DNA of 64,000 nt, taken from contig NC_043003.1 in assembly GCF_006345805.1 (NCBI RefSeq), positions 3,658,001 to 3,722,000 on the forward strand, given 5' to 3'. The notes under the pieces were generated by a model that searched no databases, was not told the origin of the DNA, and worked only from the letters and a program-made list of their open reading frames with translations. Each line of letters opens with the position of its first letter. Within the stretch, counting starts at the first letter, position 1. The stretch comes from Octopus sinensis. Taxonomy: Eukaryota. Positions 14,440 through 28,500 of this stretch are shown piece by piece. The translations under genes were made by a program, and so were the position numbers.

Positions 14440-17400
14440 TGAAGTATTATTGTTTTGGGTCCATAAAATATCTTTCCACTTAAGAACCAAATCTTACACA
14501 TTGAGTTAATTCTCAAATCCTCAAGACAACAAGGAGAGTCTGATGGTGGATAAACCATCAAGTGACTCATGTGATGAACCATTCCATGGCTATAGAAAGG
14601 AGATTCTACTTTATGTACCGGACAGTTCTTCTCACTCCTGGTAGTCTGTGTTCTCTTTGACAAATGTCTTTGCTGGCTTCATCTTATATTGGTGGAATCT
14701 TTACTAATTTTTACTTCCACACATTTATGTGGTAGCTTCTTTGGAATGGTAAATGGTATGAAACTTAGCAAGGAATAAGAAATTGATTTCAGAAGAATTC
14801 AATAAGCATGCAACATGATGGCATGCATGTTTATTCTTGAAATATTTTGGCAAATTGAAGGAGGTAAAGTGGCAGAATGGTTAGTGCCCCAGGCAAAATA
14901 CTTTGCAGTATTTTGTCCATCTTTACATTCTGAGTTCAAATTTTGCTGAGGTCAACTTTGCCTTTCATCCTTTCAGGATCAATAAAATAAGTACCAGTTG
15001 CATACTGGGGTCAGTGTAATCAACTCGACTCACTTCTCAGAAATTGCTGGCTTTGTGCCAAAATTTGAAACCAATATGTTCTGGCAGATTTGAACATGTA
15101 TAAGCCAACCACTGTTGTATTTTGTCTACGGCAAATGGCTTCCCCTTTCAGACGATGTCTCTACACATCAACACTCATTCCACTGAACTGAGGCACTTTG
15201 AGACACTGCAATGTTTCACCCTAGTTGTGTTTCTTTAGTCAAAGCTACCTTTGGATCAAAGATCTAAACAAGAATTGTGGCTCTTGTTTATAGAACTGAG
15301 CCAACAAATTCTTTATCGATGTGTGCTGAGGTCTGCCAAGTCAATAATAAACAGCAAAAGATCGAAACAATGTCATACACATTCATTCTTAATCTGTTCA
15401 AGTGTATTTGAACATGAATATGCTCGTCACTGTTGTATTTCATCTTTGGAAAACAACTTCTCTTTTCAGGTGACGGGTGTTCTCATTTGATTCTCCTCTT
15501 CTTCATGCAGGACATGGGTCACTGAACAACACAGCATCCACAACAATGCTGGATATTATTTACATTATTTACATTTGACGGATATTTGTCTTCATCTTGT
15601 TTGTTGTTAACACAACATTTCAGCTGATATACTCTCCAGCCTTCATCAGGTGTCTTGGGGAAATTTCGAACCCGATGAAGGCTGGAGGGTATATCAGCCG
15701 AGAGGTTGTGTTAACAACAAACAAGATGAGGACAAATATCCGTCAAATGTAAATAACGTAAATAACGTAAATAATTCCTCATCTCTTAAATATAGAACTG
15801 TAATGCTGGATATTGTACAACTATTTCTCAATTTTAATGTTCTGCCTTGGAATTTTTCTTCTTTTTTTGTAGTTTCAGCTCAGAGCTGTGGCCATACTGG
15901 GGCACTGCGCTGTTGGTACTTAATTTACTGGTCCCTAAAGGATGAAAGGCAAAGTCGACCGTGGCGGAATTTGAACTCAGAACGTAAAGACAGATGAAAT
16001 ACCGCTAAGCATTTTGCACGGCATGCTAACCATTCTGCCAGCTCACCACCTTTGTTGATGCTAATATGTTTTTCATGAAACATCTGCTTTCACTGTCAAC
16101 ATTCCTCGATGAGTAAGACACCTGACGCTGATCATACATCGAAACACCTGAAACAATGTTCAGGTATAAATATTGTAAATCTACCAGAAATACACATTCG
16201 GTTATAAACCTTATAATCAATTAGAGAGATTTACCTTCATTTAGCTGCAGTGATAACATACATTTCCTCATCACTCAGTTTGTTTGTATTAGAAGACGGC
16301 ACACTGAATTCCCCTTTCCTCTTCTACACCCCCTCCTCACACTATAATAATAAAACTTCTCAGCAGATGTTCATCCATTCCATGGCTTCATATCTTTGTC
16401 CCATTCAACCAAAACACAAATTATTCTTGGAAAACATAACCACCATTTTATACTTTTACTATTCAAAAATATGAAACACCTCAACGTAAGCTATACAACA
16501 CTCGGTACCATCTGTTTCTTTATTACCCACAAGGGGCTAAACACAGAGGGGACAAACAAGGACAGACAAATGGATTAAGTCGATTACATCGACCCCAGTG
16601 CATAACTGGTATTTAATTTATTAAGGCGGCGAGCTAGCAGAATTGTTAGCACGTCGGGCGAAATGCTTAGCGGTATTTCGGCTGCCGTTACGTTGTGAGT
16701 TCAAATTCCGCCGAGGTCGACTTTGCCTTTCATCCTTTCGGGGTCGATAAATTAAGTACCAGTTAAGCACTGGGGTCGATATAATCGACTTAACACCTAT
16801 ATCTGTCCATGTTTGTCTCCTCTATGTTTAGCCCCTTGTGGGTAATAAAGAAATAGGTATTTAATTTATCGACCCCGAAAGGATGAAAGGCAAAGTCGAC
16901 CTCGGCGGAATTTGAACTCAGAATGTGACAGCAGACGAAATACCGCAAAGCATTTCGCCCGACCTACTAACGATTCTGCCAGCTCGACGCCTTTGTACCA
17001 TCTACCATACAATATACCATACTCCATACAATGAATGATACTCCAATGTGTGATACTCCATACAACATATGATACTTCAAACAATATACCATACTCCATA
17101 CAATATAAGACACTCATTACAGTATACGACACACCACACAATATGCACCACTTCATACAATGTATGATATCCCATTTAAATGTACCATACTCCATACAGT
17201 GTACTACCACACTCTCTACCACACAGTATACCATGTACTATACAATGTAAGACGACTCATTATGACCACTATAATTATTTTATCCATAATCCCTTTCACA
17301 CCCTTTTACACGATACAAGTTTTCCCTACCATGGAATATATTTGCATATTTGGACCAGTTTCCCCTCTAAATACACACACACACACACACACACACACTG

Positions 17401-20400
17401 ACATTCTGTAAGTTCTTCAAAAAACTGTGGTCCCTTTGATAAGTCACTCATAAACCATTTACCCTCACTAAAAGGGCTTCATTCCTATTGGTTCTCATCC
17501 CTGTCCACTAACTCCACCTAAACCCATTATCTCTCCCAGAACCCCATTACCACCAATTCTTACACACCTCCCAACATATTCTAACCCCAAAACTGTATTC
17601 CCTTAACTCTCAAAACGTTTATCCCTTTACCCATTCCCCTCTCCTGCACACCCACAAAGTTACCCTGAACTACAAAAGACCAGAATAAAATGTCATCACA
17701 CACACACCATCTCCCATTCCACCACTTTTATCACTGAACCACTTTGGAGAAGAATCTTTACTTATTTTCGGTAATGTTGTCTAAACCAACAACAGAGATT
17801 TGGCAGAACAATTTTATGTTGAGCCAACAGGATTTTTTCGCTTAGCTGCATCAGAATCATCATCATTTAACGTCCGCTTTCCATGCTGGCATGGGTTGGA
17901 CGGTTTGACTGAGGACTGGCAAACAGATGGCTGTACCAGGCTTCAATCTTGGTCTGGCAGAGTTTCTACAGCTGGATGCCCTTCCTAACGCCAACCACTC
18001 TGAGTGTAGTAGGTGCTTTTACGTTCCACTGGCACGGGGGCCAGTCAGGTGGTACTGGCAACGACCTTGCTCGAATTTAATTTTTTACACATGCCAATTG
18101 CACAAGTGCCAGTAAGGCGAAGCTGGTATCGATCACACTCAAATGGTGCCTCCTACATGCCACTGGCACGAAAGCCGGTTAGCCGCTCTGGCAACGATCA
18201 CACTCGGATGGGGCTCTTAGCACCTTACTAGCATGGGGCACCAGTGCCAGTAAGGCAAAGCTGGTATTGATCCCACTCGAATGGTGCCTCCTACATGCCA
18301 CCGGCACGGAAGCCAGTTAGCCGCTCTGGCAACGATCACACTCGGATGGGGCTCTTAGCACCTTACTAGCATGGGGCACCAGTGCCAGTAAGGCAAAGCT
18401 GGTATTGATCCCACTCGAATGGTGCCTCCTACATGCCACCGGCACGGAAGCCAGTTAGCCCTCTCTGGCAATGATCACACTCGGATGGGGCTCTTAGCAC
18501 CTTACTAGCATGGGGCACAAGTGCCAGTAAGGCAAAGCTGGTATTGATCCCACTCGAATGGCCTCCTACATGCCACCGCCACGAAGCCAGTTAGCCGCGC
18601 TGGCAACGATCACACTCGGATGGGGCTCTTAGCACCTTACTAGCATGGGGCACCAGTGCCAGTAAGGCAAAGCTGGTATTGATCCCACTCGAATGGTGCC
18701 TCCTACATGCCACCGGCACGGAAGCCAGTTAGCCTCTGGCAACGATCACACTCGGATGGGCTCTTAGCACCTTACTAGCACGGGGCACCAGTGCCAGTAA
18801 GGCAAAGCTGGTATTGATCCCACTCGAATGGTGCCTCCTACATGCCACCGGCACGGAAGCCAGTTAGCCGCTCTGGCAACGATCACACTCGGATGGGGCT
18901 CTTAGCACCTTACTAGCATGGGGCACCAGTGCCAGTAATGCAAAGCTGGTATTGATCCCACTCGAATGGTGCCTCCTACATGTCACCGGCACTGAAGCCA
19001 GTTAGCCGCTCTGGCACGATCACACTCGGATGGGCTCTTAGCACCTTACTAGCAGGGGCACCAGTGCCAGTAATGCAAAGCTGGTATTGATCCCACTCGA
19101 ATGTGCCTCCTACATGCCACTGGCACGGAAGCCAGTTAGCCGCTCTGGCAACGATCACACTCGGATGGGGCTCTTAGCACCTTACTAGCACGGGGCACAA
19201 GTGCCAGTAAGGCAAAGCTGGTATTGATCCCACTCGAATGGTGCCTCCTACATGCCACTGGCATGGAAGCCAGTTAGCCGCTCTGGCAACGATCACACTC
19301 GGATGGGGCTCTTAGCACCTTACTAGCACGGGGCACCAGTGCCAGTAAGGCAAAGCTGGTATTGATCCCACTCGAATGGTGCCTCCTACATGCCACTGGC
19401 ACGGAAGCCAGTTAGCCGCTCTGGCAACGATCACACTCTCGGATGGGCTCTTAGCACCTTACTAGCACGGGGCACCAGTGCCAGTAAGGCAAAGCTGGTA
19501 TTGATCCCACTCGAATGGTGCCTCCTACATGCCACTGGCACGGAAGCCAGTTAGCCGCTCTGGCAACGATCACACTCGGATGGGGCTCTTAGCACCTTAC
19601 TAGCATGGGGCACCAGTGCCAGTAAGGCAAAGCTGGTATTGATCCCACTCGAATGGTGCCTCCTACATGCCACCGGCACGGAAGCCAGTTAGCCGCTCTG
19701 GCAACGATCACACTCGGATGGGGCTCTTAGCACCTTACTAGCATGGGGCACCAGTGCCAGTAAGGCAAAGCTGGTATTGATCCCACTCGAATGGTGCCTC
19801 CTACATGCCACCGGCACGGAAGCCAGTTAGCCGCTCTGGCAACGATCACACTCGGATGGGCTCTTAGCACCTTACTAGCATGGGGCAACCAGTGCCAGTA
19901 AGGCAAAGCTGGTATTGATCCCACTCGAATGGTGCCTCCTACATGCCACCGGCACGAAGCCAGTTAGCCGCTCTGGCAACGATCACACTCGGATGGGGCT
20001 CTTAGCACCTTACTAGCATGGGGCACCAGTGCCATAAGCAAAGCTGGTATTGATCCCACTCGAATGGTGCCTCCTACATGCCACCGGCACGGAAGCCAGT
20101 TAGCCGCTCTGGCAACGATCACACTCAGATGGGGCTCTTAGCACCTTACTAGCATGGGGCACCAGTGCCAGTAAGGCAAAGCTGGTATTGATCCCACTCG
20201 AATGGTGCCTCCTACATGCCACCGGCACGGAAGCCAGTTAGCCGCTCTGGCAATGATCATGCTCGGATGGGGCTCTTAGCACCCTACTAGCACGTGGCAC
20301 GCTCGAATGGTGCCTTTTATGTGCCAATCTCATCTGAGTTGATTTTTGCTTTCCATCTCTTCTGTGTCAATACAAATGTAACTTTAGTAATACAACAGTT

Positions 20401-21986
20401 TGATTCCCTCACTTCTACTAACAACTAGATAAAAATGGATTCTTTGCTTAAACAATTGCATAGCTTCCAGACAGATCACAGTCTGATCAGCTGACAACAG
20501 GTTCCATGTCTGTCTGATGTTTTAGCAGTGAGAAATATGAAGGTCAACCAAATGCAAATGGACTTACTATAACCATAACGAAATAGTGATATTCACAGAA
20601 GCCATCCTCCACATACATAAGGGGTAGATATAACACACCACCCTGTTTAACACCCTGACCTGGTTTTATACATCTTTAGTACGGTTCACTCTATGTCTTT
20701 CACATCAAACCTTGGTTCCCTCTCTACCCATGTTTTTTTTTCAGTGACCAACAGTGACTAGTGGCCAACAGATTTTCAGACTGGACACCGGACATAATAA
20801 TCTCACCAGGGTGGGATGACTGCAAAAATTGTGGGACCTGTCCCTTGACAACTCACTTACTCAGAAAAAAGTTCTCCAGCATATATTTACTTACCTTGAT
20901 AATTCCCTTTTGAAATTGTTCTTTGAGTTTGGGGTTTTTCCAGCCTTTAAAATGCTTGATTCCTGAGACAACAGAGAGCACAATTTTAGGACTGCGCATC
21001 CGCCAGAAAAGGCCCATAAAGTCTGCCAGATCTTCCACAGATGTATCGGTTGGGACACAAACATAATGCTTCTTCGACTGAAAGTAAAAGAAGGAATCTA
21101 TTAAGAAACACAATTAACAGTTCACTGTTGTACCATACAGTTAAAAGTCAGTTTACCTTGCAATTAACACTTTCTGTATCTCACAATGAACAGTTCACTG
21201 TTGTACTACATAGTTAACAGCTCACTGCAATGCCATACAATTAACAGTTCACTACTGCACCACAGAATTTACAGTTCACTGTTGTATTACAGATTTCCTA
21301 AAGTAGTTTATTTAACGGAGCCCCAACCCCCCACCATCGTTTCTGTCACCTCATCACCCACCACAAACAGTCTCTGTCATACAGTTCTATATTTAAGAGA
21401 TGAGGAATTATGTACATTATTTACATTATTTACATTTGACGGGCATATGGCGTAGTGGTTAAGAGCGCGGGCTACTAACCCCAAGATTCCGATTTAAGCA
21501 GTGACAGGAATAATAATAATAATAATAGAACAAACAGCAAATATTCTGCTCAATACCACAGATTTTCTTGTCAGTTGTTTGACCTTAACCAGTTGAGCCT
21601 GTCTCTTAGTGGCTGACGATATGTGCATCTCTGATCACGAGCAGAAGTAATGGGGAAACATCATAGTCATGTGTTGAGAGGAATTCTTTGGGGTTTGGAT
21701 AATTCAACTTCGGAAACATGGGTGTTGTGTTCAACATCTTTAAACAATCCTTATTCAAGGACCTTTTGAGCGGGATGGGCTACTCGACCAAAAGAAAATT
21801 CTAACTGAGCCCCACCTGCAAGGTCATGCGCTGTTTATCTAGATATGAGATCACCATGTCATGCACATATTGTTGTGATGCATGTGCCTAGTGTACCCTT
21901 ATCAGACGGGTAGTCATGATGGGTATACTGGGCTTCATATATTATACCCCAGTGTCACTTTGATGGCATGCACTGCTCTCTCACTC

Positions 21987-22017
<31 letters not shown>

Positions 22018-25000
22018 TTGAAAAATATCTTAGGAATGAGAACCCAGGTTCGAAAATTTCCCAAGACACCTGATGAAGGGTGGAGGTTATATCAGTCGAA
22101 ATGTTGTTTTAACAACAAACAAGATGAGGACAAATATTCGTCAAATGTAAATAATGTAAATAAAGTGTCTGTCATGTTTTTCTTGGCTATTTTTCATATT
22201 CATACACTTCAAAATGATTCCCTTGTCCATCGCTGAAGTTACTGGTTTGTCCTCACCTAAACAACATTATAAATGGCGGAAGCGTCATTGTGTCATTATA
22301 AACATCAGCTACATTAACCACCACAATTGTCATCTAACCTCCCTCCATCCCTCTATTGTATTATCCAGAACAACGGAACTGTTCTCTCACTCTCTGTTTA
22401 ATCAACATGAAAACACCAATCTTAGAATAAATCCTAAATGCTCCCTAAAGATTCATTTTTTTTTTTCATTTTCATCTAGTTTCAGCTCGCGAGCTGTGGC
22501 CATGCTGGGGCACCGCCATTCCTATCTAGTTTTATTTATCTAGTTTTATTGATAAGCTGGTCTTAATCCAATGCAATGATGGATAACTGTGGGTGACGTA
22601 CTTTTTATTTTAGGAGAAGATTGACAGAATCATTGAAGTGTTAGAGAAAAATGCATTTGGATGAAGGTCATTGTTAGGGTTTAGGCTAACTCAGGGTTGG
22701 GGTTTAAGTATTTAAGGTAAGGGTTTAGGAGTAAAATATGAAGTTACAGTTTGTTGTTAGCACTTAGGCTAAAGGTTTAGGGTTAAGATTGTATTTAAAC
22801 AGAAATTGCTTATTCTTTTTTGTTGTATCTTGGGAGGCTCATTATGCCAATGATACACACACACTGGTTCTACTTCACTTCTTTATTATTTATATGCCAA
22901 CTGGTTGCCTATTTAACCAGTTAACTAATCAAGTGTTTGATTAATCATTTGGTTAATCAATCAATCAGGTTTGTCAAAGTCCTTTCATTACCATTTGCAA
23001 CCTCATCAATGACATGCCCTCACCACTTCATGTTTGTTTCAGGTCTGTCTGTCTCTTCTACTTCTTTTTTTTAAGAGAACAACACTCAACTATGTACAAT
23101 GACCATACTGAGACACAACAGAATATGTTTCAACACACAAATTCACATCAAGAATCTTGCAAACCAACTACAAAAGCCATATATTGGTGACTGGTGCTCC
23201 GACAAGTGGTCCAGTCGATCCAATCAACGTAACAGCCTGCTTGTAAAATTAATATGCAAGTGACTGAGTACTCTACAGACATGCATACCTTCAACATAGT
23301 TCACATAAGTCCAGTCTCTTTGAAATACAGGTACTACTCACTTTTGACAGCAGAGTGGACTGGAGCAAAGTGAAATGAAGTGTCTTGCTCAAGGAAACAA
23401 TGCATCACTGGGAATTGAACTCACGACCTTACGATTGTGAGCAGAATACCCTAACCACTAAGCTACAACTGGTACTCTGTCAGTTACAGTCGATTTGATT
23501 GATGGAACAGCTTGCTCGTGAAGTTAACATGCAAGTGGCTGAGTATTCCACAGACATGTGTACCCCTAATGTAGTTCTCGGGGAGATTCAGCGTGGCACA
23601 GTGTGTGACAGGGCTGGCCCCTTTGAAATGCAGGTACCACTCACTTTTGTCAGTTGAGTGGACTGGAGACGACGCGTCACTGGGAATTGAACTCATGACC
23701 TTTACGATCGTAAGCTGAATCCCCTAACCCCAAAGCCTGCCTCTATTGCTTCTGACCCTCCTTGTGTCCTGTCCAATACACCATTCCTGAAGAATCACCA
23801 CACATTTACTCAAAACGGCTGACTAAGCACTTAGGTAGGAATTGAACCTGTTGACACCAGCTCTGAATCTATCCTTAGACTCCCATCGCCATCTGTAAAT
23901 TACGTAAATACACACTCTGACATTAATTTAGAGGTGGGTGTGGGATGGTGGGGGGGTCAGTTTTTTTCCGTCCTCCCCCACTCCCTCATTGCCACCCCCC
24001 TCGCTGCTCTAATGCCAAAACAAACAACCATCACAGCAAACTAAACAGCAGACAGCATGGCAGCTTCTGTCAGAAGTAAATTGGAGCTGGAGGGGGGGGG
24101 TCTTGGGGGCTGATGTAATCTTTCTGTCTTTGAACTAAAAATAATTACCACTAATTACTTATAATTGCAACAGATGAGAGAACCCCTGTAGCTGGTTGCT
24201 CAACCTGCTAGACATAGCAACCAAATCTTATTTTAGACCACACCTTCTTGACTGAAAAATGAAGGACACCTTAAATAATGTGGTTCTGGATATATCCTTT
24301 TCTACTCTAGGCACAAGGCCCGAAATTTTAGAGGAGGATTCCAGTCAATTAGATTGACCCTGTACGCAACTAGTACTTAATTTATCAACCACGAAAGGAT
24401 GAAAGGCAAAGTCGACCTCGGCGGAATTTGAACTCAGAATGTAGCTAGACGAAATACTGCTAAGCATTTCGCCCGACCTGCTAACGTTTCCGCCAGCTCG
24501 CCGCCTTCGTGGTTCTGGATATATCATCATCGTGTCCAACCTCTGGACATTGTTCTTTCATAGTGACGGTCACCCAGATTTCCATGGCATATAAGAGACC
24601 GAAATCCCAACGTTGGCCCTGAATGGGATGTCAGTCTGAGACAGGGTCCCTCATCTACAGCCAATTTGACTGAGGCAACAGGAGACGAAATGTCTGGCTT
24701 AAGAACACAACACACTGCTCAGTCTGGGAATCGAAACCATGGTCTTGCAATTGGAACTGCAACACCCTAACCGCTAAGCTACACACCTGCCCATTCTAGA
24801 TCCAGTTCTCTATGTTTTAAAGATCAGTGGTTCTCAGTTGCGGCTCCAGTGGCCTCATGTGGCCCTCAAGCATCCTTCCAGCGGCCCCTAACATTCATCC
24901 CTCTGTAAATGTAATCAATTTGTCTTTAATTGATTGTGTTTTACCTTTTCTGGTCTTGCCCCCCCCCCACCCCAGGGCAAGACACACACTCTCTTAAATG

Positions 25001-25511
25001 ATCGAAGCTGTGTGAGTGAGAGGCTGCAAGATCAAGCCTGACCTGGGGTTATGCAGAAGCAGCAGCAGCAGCAACCACCACCACCACCACTACAACAACA
25101 ACAACAACAACCTCTACATGGCCATTTGGTCTGCTAGAAATAGTAGCCATATCTTCATCAGTAAAAGAAAAAAATTCAAAAAAGAAGTCCTAAATATACA
25201 AAAAGACAGGATGGTCATGGCTGGAAGGCTCATGATTAACAAAGTAGAGACATTTAAATTTTCTTTTTGAAAAAGTGTCAACTTTTATTTCTTTTATTTC
25301 TTGTTTCAGTCATTTGACTGTGGCCATGCTGGAGCACTGCCTTTAGTTGAAACAAATCGACCTCAGGACTTATTCTTCATAAGCCTAGTACTTGTTGTAT
25401 CGGTCTCTTTTGCTGAACTGCCAAGTTATGGGGGACATAAACACACCAGCATCGGTTGCCAAGTGATGTTGGTGGCACAAACACACACACATACATATAG
25501 CACATGCGCAC

Positions 25512-25593
<82 letters not shown>

Positions 25594-28500
25594 GTATATA
25601 TATATAGCATAAATGGAAACAAAGTGGAAAAAACAGTGCTGGAATACCAGAGGTAGAGTAATATGCTTTATTAATAAAGCTGCAAAGACGTCACATTCCC
25701 ACTTGTTGGAACCATGTGGTTGGGAAGCAAGATTCTTACCACACAACCACTCCTGCACCTATGTATATATATACGACAGGCTTCTTTCAGTTTCCGTCTA
25801 CCAAATCCACTCACAAAGTTTTGGTTGACCCGAGGCTATAGTAGAAGACACTTGCCCAAGGTGCCACGCAGTGGGACTGAACCTGGAACCATGTAGTTGG
25901 GAAGCAAGCTTCTATATTTCTTTACATTTGCCATAAAGCAAACTAAGCAGTTCGGCAAAAGGAGACAGATAGAATAAGTACTAGGCTTACAAAGAATAAG
26001 TCCTGGGGTCGATTTGCTTGACTAAAGGCGGTGCTCCAGCATGGCCACAGTCAAATGACTGAAACAAGTAAAAGAGTAAACTTAGTGGTTCGGCAAAAGA
26101 GACCGAAGAATAAGTACTAGCTTACAAAGAATAAGTCCTGGGGTCGATTTGCTTGACTAAAGGCGGTGCTCCAGCATGGCCAGTCAAATGACTGAAACAA
26201 GTAAAAGAGTAACTTAGCGATTCGGCAAAAGAGACCGAAAGAATAAGTACTAGGCTTACAAGAATAAGTCCTGGGGTCGATTTGCTTGACTAAAGGCAGT
26301 GCTCCAGCATGGCCACAGTCAAATGACTGAAACAAGTAAAAGAGTAAACTTAGTGGTTCGGCAAAAGAGACCGAAAGAATAGTACTAGGCTTACAAAGAA
26401 TAAGTCCCTGGGTCCGATTTGCTTGACTAAAGGCGGTGCTCCAGCATGGCCACAGTCAAATGACTGAAACAAGTAGAAGAGTAAACTTAGCGATTCGGCA
26501 AAAGAGACCGAAAGAATAAGTACTAGGCTTACAAAGAATAAGTCCTGGGGTCGATTTGCTTGACTAAAGGCGGTGCTCCAGCATGGCCACAGTCAAATGA
26601 CTGAAACAAGTAAAAGAGTAAACTTAGCGATTCGGCAAAAGAGACCGAAAGAATAAGTACTAGGCTTACAAAGAATAAGTCCTGGGGTCGATTTGCTTGA
26701 CTAAAGGCGGTGCTCCAGCATGGCCACAGTCAAATGACTGAAACAAGTAAAAGAGTAAACGTAGCGGTTCGGCAAAAGAGACTGAAAGAATAAGTACTAG
26801 GCTTACAAAGAATAAGTCCTGGGGTCGATTTGCTTGACTAAAGGCGGTGCTCCAGCATGGCCGCAGTCAAATGACTGAAACAAGTAAAAGAGTAAACTTA
26901 GCGATTCGGCAAAAGAGACCGAAAGAATAAGTACTAGGCTTACAAAGAATAAGTCCTGGGGTCGATTTGCTTGACTAAAGGCGGTGCTCCAGCATGGCCG
27001 CAGTCAAATGACTGAAACAAGTAAAAGAGTAAACTTAGCGATTCGGCAAAAGAGACCGAAAGAATAAGTACTAGGCTTACAAAGAATAAGTCCTGGGGTC
27101 GATTTGCTTGACTAAAGGCGGTGCTCCAGCATGGCCGCAGTCAAATGACTGAAACAAGTAAAAGAGTAAACTTAGCGATTCGGCAAAAGAGACCGAAAGA
27201 ATAAGTACTAGGCTTACAAAGAATAAGTCCTGGGGTCGATTTGCTTGACTAAAGGCGGTGCTCCAGCATGGCCGCAGTCAAATGATTGAAACAAGTAAAA
27301 GAGTAAACTTAGTGGTTCGGCAAAAGAGACCGAAAGAATAAGTACTAGGCTTACAAAGAATAAGTCCTGGGGTCGATTTGCTTGACTAAAGGCGGTGCTC
27401 CAGCATGGCCGCAGTCAAATGACTGAAACAAGTAAAAGAGTAAACTTAGCGATTCGGCAAAAAGACCGAAAGAATAAGTACTAGGCTTACAAAGAATAAG
27501 TCCTGGGGTCGATTTGCTTGACTAAAGGCGGGCTCCACATGGCCGCAGTCAAATGACTGAAACAAGTAAAAGAGTAAACTTAGTGGTTCGGCAAAAGAGA
27601 CCGAAAGAATAAGTACTAGGCTTACAAGAATAAGTCCTGGGGTCGATTTGCTTGACTAAAGGCGGTGCTCCGCATGGCCACAGTCAAATGACTGAAACAA
27701 GTAAAAAGTAAACTTAGTGGTTCGGCAAAAGAGACCGAAAGAATAAGTACTAGGCTTACAAAGAATAAGTCCTGGGGTCGATTTGCTTGACTAAAGGCGT
27801 GCTCCAGCATGGCCACAGTCAAATGACTGAAACAAGTAAAAGAGTAAACTTAGCGGTTCGGCAAAAGAGACCGAAAGAATAAGTACTGGCTTACAAAGAA
27901 TAAGTCCTGGGGTCGATTGCTTGACTAAAGGCGGTGCTCCAGCATGGCCGCAGTCAAATGACTGAAACAAGTAAAAGAGTAAACTTACGATTCGGCAAAA
28001 AGACCGAAAGAATAAGTACTAGGCTTACAATAATAAGTCCTGGGGTCGATTTGCTTGACTAAAGGCGGTGCTCCAGCATGGCCGCAGTCAAATGACTGAA
28101 ACAAGTAAAAGAGTAAACTTAGTGGTTCGGCAAAAGAGACCGAAAGAATAAGTACTAGGCTTACAAAGAATAAGTCCTGGGGTCGATTTGCTTGACTAAA
28201 GGCGGTGCTCCAGCATGGCCACAGTCAAATGACTGAAACAAGTAAAAGAGTAAACTTAGTGGTTCGGCAAAAGAGACCGAAAGAATAAGTACTAGGCTTA
28301 CAAAGAATAAGTCCTGGGGTCGATTTGCTTGACTAAAGGCGGTGCTCCAGCATGGCCACAGTCAAATGACTGAAACAAGTAAAAGAGTAAACTTAGCGGT
28401 TCGGCAAAAGAGACCGAAAGAATAAGTACTAGGCTTACAAAGAATAAGTCCTGGGGTCGATTTGCTTGACTAAAGGCGGTGCTCCAGCATGGCCGCAGTC

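Noticed and set aside
17000-17250. Loose TACCATACTCCATAC repeats
   Set aside because: Ordinary decayed minisatellite with no further structure.
21443-21500. tRNA genes at SINE heads (also 50125-50170)
   Set aside because: No complete cloverleaf; they continue into SINE bodies or are fragments.
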